The notes beneath the pieces are model-generated. The model worked only from the letters and a program-made list of their open reading frames with translations, made no database searches and had not been told where the DNA came from. This document shows, piece by piece, positions 1-5,806 of a stretch of DNA of 5,806 bases. This DNA comes from Candidatus Hermodarchaeota archaeon. Its GTDB lineage: Archaea; Asgardarchaeota; Heimdallarchaeia; Hodarchaeales; Hodarchaeaceae. How positions within the stretch are numbered: position 1 is the stretch's first letter; each line of letters begins with the position of its first letter. The position numbers and the translations under genes are program-made. The stretch spans positions 1-5,806 of the forward strand of contig JBHLKY010000059.1 in NCBI GenBank assembly GCA_048886185.1, written 5' to 3'.

Positions 1-54
1 AGTTTTATTACAAATCCATTGAACGTTGCTTTCGTTGGTACTAAAACACCGTAA
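1..54 (+). CDS. Possible 3' end of a convergent gene running in from the left edge (...SFITNPLNVAFVGTKTP*)
   Basis: Frame 1 is open from base 1 to TAA at 52-54 and is followed by an AT-rich spacer with a palindrome and T-tracts. There is no recognisable homology in 17 aa, so it could be chance. Confidence 0.25.
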   Translation, partial: SFITNPLNVAFVGTKTP

Positions 55-85
55 GATTCTAATTATGCCTCATCTTTCCATCCAT

Positions 86-130
86 AAAAAGCTTTTTGTA
101 ATCTGAAAAAACAGCTGGAAGAAAAAAATA
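86..130 (-). terminator. Oligo-T terminator region downstream of gatD, possibly bidirectional
   Basis: Read on the minus strand, T7 (122-128), T6 (106-111) and T5 (86-90) tracts follow the gatD TGA. There is a perfect 12-bp palindrome AAAAAGCTTTTT at 86-97, which gives a T5 tract on each strand. Archaeal intrinsic termination uses oligo-U tracts. Confidence 0.5.
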
Positions 131-131
131 A

Positions 132-1478
132 TCAAAGAAATCCTTGAAATTTTTCACGTTGAAGAATCTCTCCTTTTAAATTCGTTGTTAATAATTCTTT
201 GATTTTTATACTTCTTTGATAGTTACCCAGAAGATAAGAAAGCTTGATATAGGCTGTTTCTGGGAGCATATTAAATAAAGGAATGACACCAGCATTCATA
301 AGCCTCCTTCCACTTTCATAAACCGATAGATTCGTATAACCATGTAAACATTGTGTGGTCATTGCGATAATCATCCCATTATCTATAACTTCTTCTATTA
401 CTGAAATCAGATTCGAAGAAACATGACCAAGCCCAGTTCCAGCAAAAACTATCCCTTTATATCCAGCGTCTCTATGATATTCTATTAATCCTGGTTGAAT
501 ACCTGGATAATGATAAATCAATCCCACATTCTTCTCAAAGTTTTTGGAGATACGGAGCCTTTTATCCTCAGATTCCTTAAAATTTGAATGATTATCATCC
601 ACTGAATGCATAATTTTTCCATTCTCTATACGTCCTATTGGATCTCCCCCAATTGTTTTGAAAGTATCTCTACGACTACTATGCATTTTACGAACTCGTG
701 TTCCATTATGAATGGCACAGGAAGTATCGGATGACTCTTCATGCATGATAACAACTACTCCTCTTTTCGCTTGAGATGATGATGCATACAGAATGGAATT
801 ATATAAGTTAAAGTATGCATCAGACGATGGACGGTCAGAAGATCGCTGTGAGCCCGTAATAACAATTGGAATAGGCGAATTTGTTATTGCAAAAGAAAGA
901 GCTGCGGCAGTAAATGCCATAGTGTCTGTTCCATGTGTGAGAACAATTCCTTGAGGCTTTTTTTCTCTGATTAGATTCTCAATTGTTGATAAAATAGTCC
1001 TATAATGCCCTAAATTAATATTTTCGGAAAAGATATCAAATAGAAGTCGAGTTTCAATTCGTGCTAATTTCCCGATTTCTGGAAAGGAGGAAAAGAGCTC
1101 CTCTGGAGTCAATGCGGGAATAGTTCCGCCTGTGCGATAATCCAAGCGTGAAGCAATTGTACCTCCACATCCTAAAATAGGAACAAAAGGTAATTCAGGG
1201 TTTTGGGAGACTTCAATTTTAGGAATTTTGTACTCACCTTTAATATGACTGATTTTTCTGACAGAATGTATATTCATAACATTGAATCCAATATTATAAC
1301 CAGTTGTTAGCTTTAAGCTAATAAAATCTGAATCTGCGAGGTCACTCCTAGGAAGAATTACTCCTTTCAAAGTAGAAGTATCTTGGTCAATTTCTATCTC
1401 ATCCCAAATTTCAAGTCCTTGTCTTTTCAGCCAATCCAAGGTTGGATCTTTATATCCACCATATCTATCATCAGTCAA
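132..1478 (-). CDS. gatD: Glutamyl-tRNA(Gln) amidotransferase subunit D (asparaginase-like glutaminase), 448 aa, TTG start
   Basis: N-terminal GatD domain (KGVILPRS...LKLTTGYNIG). Type I asparaginase motifs GGTIASRLDYRTG (T107), HGTDTM (T184/D185), TGSQRSSDRPSSDA, RKMHSSRRD (K264) and GTGLGH are present. It is adjacent to gatE. Bases 1476-1478 are CAA, i.e. TTG on the minus strand. Confidence 0.97.
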   Translation of the reverse strand: MTDDRYGGYKDPTLDWLKRQGLEIWDEIEIDQDTSTLKGVILPRSDLADSDFISLKLTTGYNIGFNVMNIHSVRKISHIKGEYKIPKIEVSQNPELPFVPILGCGGTIASRLDYRTGGTIPALTPEELFSSFPEIGKLARIETRLLFDIFSENINLGHYRTILSTIENLIREKKPQGIVLTHGTDTMAFTAAALSFAITNSPIPIVITGSQRSSDRPSSDAYFNLYNSILYASSSQAKRGVVVIMHEESSDTSCAIHNGTRVRKMHSSRRDTFKTIGGDPIGRIENGKIMHSVDDNHSNFKESEDKRLRISKNFEKNVGLIYHYPGIQPGLIEYHRDAGYKGIVFAGTGLGHVSSNLISVIEEVIDNGMIIAMTTQCLHGYTNLSVYESGRRLMNAGVIPLFNMLPETAYIKLSYLLGNYQRSIKIKELLTTNLKGEILQREKFQGFL

Positions 1479-1486
1479 TGTTACTA

Positions 1487-1492
1487 TCTCCT
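1487..1492 (-). promoter_or_regulatory. Shine-Dalgarno site (AGGAGA) for gatD
   Basis: The minus strand reads TAA(gatE stop)-CAATT-AGGAGA-TAGTAACA-TTG, an 8-nt spacing to the TTG start within a 19-nt intergenic gap. Confidence 0.8.
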
Positions 1493-1497
1493 AATTG

Positions 1498-3429
1498 TTA
1501 CCGTGTAACATGCTCTTTCAGGCGTTTCCTTAGTGCTTCACTTACGAGTTTTCCATCAATCTTCCCCCGGGCCTTTTTCATAACTAATCCCATTAAAGGA
1601 GAGAAAGAATTCATACCGCGTTCTTTTATAAGGTTTTGAGAATCATTTAAGACATTAATGATTAAATCATCCAATTCTTTTCGAGTCATCCTACCCCCAG
1701 ATTCGCTTATTATATCAATTAACGATTTATTAGGATTAATTCCTATTAGTGTTAAAATATTAGGAATAGCCTCTTTGGCAAACTTTTCTAATTTTAATGC
1801 ATCAAAAACTTCCATTAAGTGTTCTTCGGTGATATTATCAATGTTAACTCCCTCTCTTGCAATCATAATTAATGTTTGTGTTAATGTAGTAAGGATTATC
1901 TTAGTAGGAACACCTTTTGCTACAAGTTCTTCAAAGATGTCAGCATAATCTTCATATACTAATTCTTCAGCAAGATCTATAGGAATAGAGTATTGTTTAC
2001 TCATGCGTTTTATTCTATCACGAAAAAACTCAGGAAGACTTTCCTCTATCTTTTTAACTCTATTTGAATCAATAACAATTGATGGAAGATCAGTATCAGG
2101 ATATAACCTACTTCTGCCATGTAAATCCCTTGTGAACGAAGATATCCCCTCAGCATCTACGTGTCTAGTTTCTTGAGGCACGCCATCGAAAGACGCTAAT
2201 AATCGTTCGTGAACAATTGAAAGGGCTCTTTCTGCTTCTTCTTCATCTCCAATAATTAGAATAAACGCAGATGTCTTCTCGTGACATTTCTCTTTTAATC
2301 CTTGGATTTCATCGCTAGAAAAATTATATTCTGTTAGATCTTCGTCACTATGGATTAAACCTTTCAAATTTGTAAAAGACTTTACTCGATCAGAAAGTTC
2401 GGTTCCAAATCGTTTATCTGGTTGTAATTTTAAACTTAACAATCCTTGAAATCCAGGTACAGGAAGCATTAATATCTTTTCCTTTCGTTTTAAAGCAGAA
2501 CGAATTAACTTTGAGGAAGTTGTGTTAAAAAGATCGGTTACATCATGAATCTGATAAGGAATGTCTTTAGAATGAATATTTCGCTTCTGTAGTTCTCTCT
2601 TAATGGCTATCAGTCCTTTTTGCCTTTGGATCTCGATATCAATTGCGATAGGAATCAACTGAAGCAGTTGAATACCTTTTAACTCAACACGAGCTCCTTC
2701 AATAATACTCACATTAATATCTTGACGAAGAGTGCCCAATCCTTTACGGGCTATACCAGATGATTTAATCAACATCCCTAATGATCGGGCGGCACAAATC
2801 ACTTCCGTGGGGGAATACAAATTATAGTGAGTTACAATTTCAATTAATGGTATTCCAAGGCGATCTAGTTTAAAATAAATATTTTTATCCTTGGTTCGAT
2901 CATTATCCTTACGAGCTGCATCCTCCTCAATATAAACCCAGGTGATAGGCAGCTTCTTTTCTTCAACCATTGAATGTTCATCGCTTAAAAAAATGTGTCC
3001 ATTATAACCAACAAGAGTTGTTCTTTGAAATCCGCAAGGAACAGATCCATCCAAATAGTTCTTTCTGCAAACATTTGTCTCTTCAACGATGTTACAATTC
3101 ATCATTTTTGCTAATTTCACACCATTATAAAGAGCTTCGTCATTAATTCTAAAAGGAGGTGTTTCATCTAATTCATAAGTGCATATGTTATCAAAAACTT
3201 CGTAAAAAATTGTATGATCTTTCTTAAATTCAATCAGAAGAGCGGGGTCGTACACGCCCATTTCACCCAATACTGGCCTAAATTTTCTCTGGATGATCGC
3301 TTGAGGGTTCTCATTTGTTAGGATTGCAGGACAATGACAAAATAATTTCCTTTTAGTTGTAAGTTGTGCATGAATTTCTATCCCAGCTTTAAAACCTAAA
3401 GCCTTATAATCATGCACATCTTTGGACAT
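1498..3429 (-). CDS. gatE: Glutamyl-tRNA(Gln) amidotransferase subunit E, 643 aa
   Basis: GatB/GatE-family motifs GIEIHAQL, KLFCHCP, DGSVPCGFQRT, EEDAARK, DRLGIPLIEI, GLGTLRQDINVSI and RLYPDTD. It has the GatE-specific AspRS-like insertion (GTELSDRVK...GLIHSDE) and a C-terminal YqeY-like tail (LMGLVMKKARGKIDGKLV). Confidence 0.97.
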   Translation of the reverse strand: MSKDVHDYKALGFKAGIEIHAQLTTKRKLFCHCPAILTNENPQAIIQRKFRPVLGEMGVYDPALLIEFKKDHTIFYEVFDNICTYELDETPPFRINDEALYNGVKLAKMMNCNIVEETNVCRKNYLDGSVPCGFQRTTLVGYNGHIFLSDEHSMVEEKKLPITWVYIEEDAARKDNDRTKDKNIYFKLDRLGIPLIEIVTHYNLYSPTEVICAARSLGMLIKSSGIARKGLGTLRQDINVSIIEGARVELKGIQLLQLIPIAIDIEIQRQKGLIAIKRELQKRNIHSKDIPYQIHDVTDLFNTTSSKLIRSALKRKEKILMLPVPGFQGLLSLKLQPDKRFGTELSDRVKSFTNLKGLIHSDEDLTEYNFSSDEIQGLKEKCHEKTSAFILIIGDEEEAERALSIVHERLLASFDGVPQETRHVDAEGISSFTRDLHGRSRLYPDTDLPSIVIDSNRVKKIEESLPEFFRDRIKRMSKQYSIPIDLAEELVYEDYADIFEELVAKGVPTKIILTTLTQTLIMIAREGVNIDNITEEHLMEVFDALKLEKFAKEAIPNILTLIGINPNKSLIDIISESGGRMTRKELDDLIINVLNDSQNLIKERGMNSFSPLMGLVMKKARGKIDGKLVSEALRKRLKEHVTR

Positions 3430-3457
3430 TCTTTATCTCATCCAAGGATATTAAAAA

Positions 3458-3475
3458 TTATAAAAGATATTTCAA
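3458..3475 (-). promoter_or_regulatory. Putative archaeal TATA box (TTTTATAA) with upstream BRE-like region for the gatE-gatD operon
   Basis: The minus strand TTTTATAA at 3465-3458 lies 29-36 nt upstream of the gatE ATG and is preceded by a purine-containing stretch (TTGAAATATC). The geometry fits a very short 5' leader. The region is AT-rich, so a chance match is possible. Confidence 0.5.
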
Positions 3476-3793
3476 TTTTATTCACATGAGGTCAAAAATT
3501 AGTTGGTTACCTCATCAAGAAATAAAATAGAGGGAGAGGTTAATCATTTGGCCCACTAAAGATTATGACTGAAATATTTCTCCTCCCCTTCTTTAAAACA
3601 ACAATCAGGATAATACTTTGCTAGATAGACGAGATGTGTCAGTAAAGTTGTCATTAACAAAGTCTCTAAAAGGAAACAAAGATCACAAGAAATTCTCCAA
3701 TCAAGTTCTCATTTTTCAAAAGTTTTGTATCAATTGAAACCGTTGAAATCATAATTGATAAAACCAGAAAATGTTATGTATCCATTCGGGTAA

Positions 3794-4147
3794 ATCCAAA
3801 CAGCAGATGGTGGATATGCCATGTTGGGGGAGAAAGATTCCTTTGGAGCTGGTTCATTCGATTTTTGGCTGGTGAAAAACGATACCAATGGGATCGCTGA
3901 GTGGAACCAGACCTATGGAGGCCCTAATGATGATCACCCTAATTCTCTGGTGAAGACCATGGATGGGGGACTTGTGTTGCTTGGCTCCATTGATCCCCCA
4001 GATAGGTATAATTACAGTTACTATATAGTGAAGATTGGCGGCGAATCACTTGTTTCGCAGTCACCACAAGCAGTCTTGCTTTTCTCTTTTTTCATTCTAC
4101 TCGGAGCGATCGTAGTGATCTTCGTTTGGCGACGCAAAAGATATTGA
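3794..4147 (+). pseudogene. 5'-truncated remnant of a repeat (probable beta-propeller) cell-surface protein with a C-terminal transmembrane anchor; includes the 108-aa ORF 3821..4147
   Basis: The repeat begins upstream of the called ATG: 3794-3820 encodes IQTADGGYA, continuing MLGEKDSFGAGSFDFWLVK..G..EWNQTYGG. A second unit, VKTMDGGLVLLG...YYIVK, follows exactly 52 aa later. An in-frame TAA lies at 3791-3793. There is no signal peptide. A hydrophobic helix (A84-W103, 4070-4129) and an RRKRY tail end the ORF. Confidence 0.7.
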
Positions 4148-4257
4148 TCCTGAATATTAGCTTACATTGTGTGAACACTTAGTTCCATTCTGTATTTTAA
4201 TAGTAAATTCTCAGATAGATCAGGATAGAAATAAATATTGCTTGAATAATCTATAAT

Positions 4258-4287
4258 ATCAGTTTAATACTGATTAAGGTTTTTTTT
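4258..4287 (+). terminator. Hairpin plus T8 tract, putative terminator downstream of the surface-protein remnant
   Basis: ATCAGT-TTAAT-ACTGAT (6-bp stem, 4258-4274) is followed by TAAGG and a T8 run (4280-4287). Confidence 0.45.
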
Positions 4288-4484
4288 ACCTGCAAAAACA
4301 TAAGATATCTCTTATCATGAAAGACAATGCTGGTTCAAAGACATTTTATGAGAATATGGACTTATTTATTCAAATTTCTATTCCACTGTCAAGAGAAAAA
4401 AGTATAGAATGCTTATTTTACGTTCTGTTTCCTGATGCTATTTGACTAGAAAACATATTATCTACATTAATTGAAGGCAATCAT

Positions 4485-5756
4485 ATGGAAGCATTAATCC
4501 TCACAGCTGGTAAAGCAACTCGTCTCTATCCTCTCACCAAAACTCTCCCAAAACCGTTGTTACCGATTGCAGGACGACCATTAATTTGTCATGTATTGGA
4601 CGTGTTAAAAACAAACATTGATCATGTGGTCATTGTTATTGGTTACAAGGCAGACTTGGTTAAACAAGTCGTAAGCCAAATAGATTATCCTTTTGATATA
4701 AGTTGGGTATTTCAACAGGAACAACAAGGAACTGGGCATGCGGTGAGAATTTGTAAGGATTTTATCGATGAAAATCCTTTCTTAGTTATGTATGGAGATA
4801 TTTTCACAAGTGATCGTACAATTGAGGATATAATTAAGCTGGGTCAATCTAACAATCTCCATGGAGGTATTCTCTCTGCAAAGCTAGTGAATAATCCAGA
4901 GAAATATGGATGTCTCGAGATCAGGAATGAAAAAGTGGTTAAAATATGGGAAAAACACCCCCAACCCCCTAGCAATTATATTAATGCTGGAATAATGGTT
5001 CTTCCTTATGCAATTTTTGATTGTCTAGCTCATACACCTAGATCGAATCGGGGAGAGATTGAGCTTACTGAAGGTATAAATCTACTTATCCAGAATGATT
5101 TCTCTTTTTCTGTGTATTATATAAAAAATCACTGGATAGATATTGGTTTTCCCTGGAATTTACTTACTGCTAATGAAGTTAAAATGAAACAGATAATATT
5201 ATCTAAGGAATTAGCACCTCCACCAAGTGTGACAATGGATGGTCCGGTAAAAATTGCTGATAGTGCAACGCTCAGACCAGGTGCTTTTATTCAAGGTCCT
5301 GTTTTTATTGATGCCAATGTAGTTGTTGGTCCAAATTGTTATATTCGACCGTATTCTTACTTAGGGAAAAATGTAAGAATTGGAAATGCTGTAGAGGTTA
5401 AAAATAGTCTGATTCTTGATAATACTACGATAGGTCATTTGTCTTATGTTGGGGATTCCATTATAGGAAGGGGTTGTAATCTTGGTGCTGGAACAAAGAT
5501 AGCAAACCTAAAGTTAGATAATAATGAAATTAGCATGACAATTAAAGGTGAGTCTATCCCTACAGGGCGAAGAAAACTTGGTGTTTTAATGGGAGATAAT
5601 GTAAGGACTGGTATTAATGTATCACTAATGCCTGGAATCATCATTGGAGAAAATTCACAAATTGGTGCTCATACATTAGTTAACCAAGATATTGCCTCAA
5701 ATACTTTGTATTATCAGGATCCAAATAAGGGATTAATCCAAAAACCTCTTCAGTAA
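4485..5756 (+). CDS. glmU: Archaeal bifunctional GlmU-like sugar-1-phosphate nucleotidylyltransferase / hexosamine-1-phosphate N-acetyltransferase, 423 aa
   Basis: N-terminal NTP-transferase motifs LTAGKATRLYPLT..PKPLLP, QQEQQGTGHA, YGD, EK, INAG and RGEIELT. The C-terminal left-handed beta-helix has hexapeptide repeats with GPNCYIRP, GNAVEVKNS, GHLSYVGDS, GAGTKIANL and TGRRKLG..GDNVRTGIN, typical of the archaeal GlmU (ST0452-like) family. A weak SD-like GAAGG lies just upstream. Confidence 0.88.
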   Translation: MEALILTAGKATRLYPLTKTLPKPLLPIAGRPLICHVLDVLKTNIDHVVIVIGYKADLVKQVVSQIDYPFDISWVFQQEQQGTGHAVRICKDFIDENPFLVMYGDIFTSDRTIEDIIKLGQSNNLHGGILSAKLVNNPEKYGCLEIRNEKVVKIWEKHPQPPSNYINAGIMVLPYAIFDCLAHTPRSNRGEIELTEGINLLIQNDFSFSVYYIKNHWIDIGFPWNLLTANEVKMKQIILSKELAPPPSVTMDGPVKIADSATLRPGAFIQGPVFIDANVVVGPNCYIRPYSYLGKNVRIGNAVEVKNSLILDNTTIGHLSYVGDSIIGRGCNLGAGTKIANLKLDNNEISMTIKGESIPTGRRKLGVLMGDNVRTGINVSLMPGIIIGENSQIGAHTLVNQDIASNTLYYQDPNKGLIQKPLQ

Positions 5757-5774
5757 TTCAAGGTACGGACATGT

Positions 5775-5806
5775 ATGAGAAGAAGTCGCTTAAATGAGAT
5801 AAATGT
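5775..5806 (+). CDS. Possible start of the next co-oriented gene (MRRSRLNEIN...), truncated by the window edge
   Basis: ATG at 5775, 18 nt after the glmU stop, with AAGGT at 5760-5764. The frame is open to the end of the window, but 10 codons are too few to identify. Confidence 0.25.
   Translation, partial: MRRSRLNEIN

Noticed and set aside
1442-1639. 65-aa plus-strand ORF
   Set aside because: Antisense shadow across the gatE/gatD junction, with no recognisable motif.
1658-1948. 96-aa plus-strand ORF
   Set aside because: Lies entirely antisense to the conserved gatE C-terminus. Its Ser/Ile-rich composition is typical of a reverse-frame artefact.
3562-3614. ATGA...GA pairing resembling a eukaryote-like SECIS core
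   Set aside because: Only 3-4 bp form above the putative core, there is no proper upper helix, and no in-frame UGA gene lies nearby.
3548-3750. Short ORFs on both strands in the intergenic region (e.g. MTEIFLLPFFKTTIRIILC* on +; MTTLLTHLVYLAKYYPDCCF... and MISTVSIDTK... on -)
   Set aside because: All are 19-50 codons, lack well-spaced SD sites and show no recognisable homology. This is expected by chance.
3791-3793. TAA as a recoded (Sec/Pyl or alternative-code) codon
   Set aside because: Sec uses UGA and Pyl uses UAG. TAA terminates gatE and glmU in this same window. Readthrough would still give no signal peptide, with another TAA at 3752.
3430-4484. CRISPR array, tRNA, IS element or MITE in the accessory interval
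   Set aside because: No regularly spaced direct repeats, cloverleaf, terminal inverted repeats with target duplication, or transposase/integrase fragments were found by eye.
4503-4526. GKATR instead of the GxGTR signature in GlmU as a sign of inactivation
   Set aside because: AGxATRL variants are common in active NTP-transferase family members, and the Arg and the downstream PK Lys are intact.
5444-5644. 66-aa minus-strand ORF
   Set aside because: Antisense to the glmU hexapeptide region, with no independent evidence.
5771-5797. ATG at 5771 as the start of the next gene
   Set aside because: The frame closes after 8 codons (MYEKKSLK*). ATG 5775 is the only open candidate.

Overview
AT-rich archaeal housekeeping window; GatDE is characteristically archaeal, and an Asgard-type host is only my inference from the low GC and protein style. 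The minus strand carries a gatE-gatD operon (Glu-tRNA(Gln) amidotransferase). The plus strand carries an archaeal bifunctional GlmU-like sugar-1-phosphate nucleotidylyltransferase/acetyltransferase. Between them is about 1 kb of accessory DNA. It holds a 5'-truncated remnant of a repeat-containing, C-terminally membrane-anchored surface protein gene with much higher GC3 than glmU, plus several inverted repeats. I find no convincing new multi-gene system, CRISPR array, RNA gene or mobile element. The best leads are the foreign-looking gene remnant with an in-frame TAA, the divergent GatE with a GatB-like RKNY motif, and a repeated ATGAGRT motif plus a possible structured element upstream of gatE.
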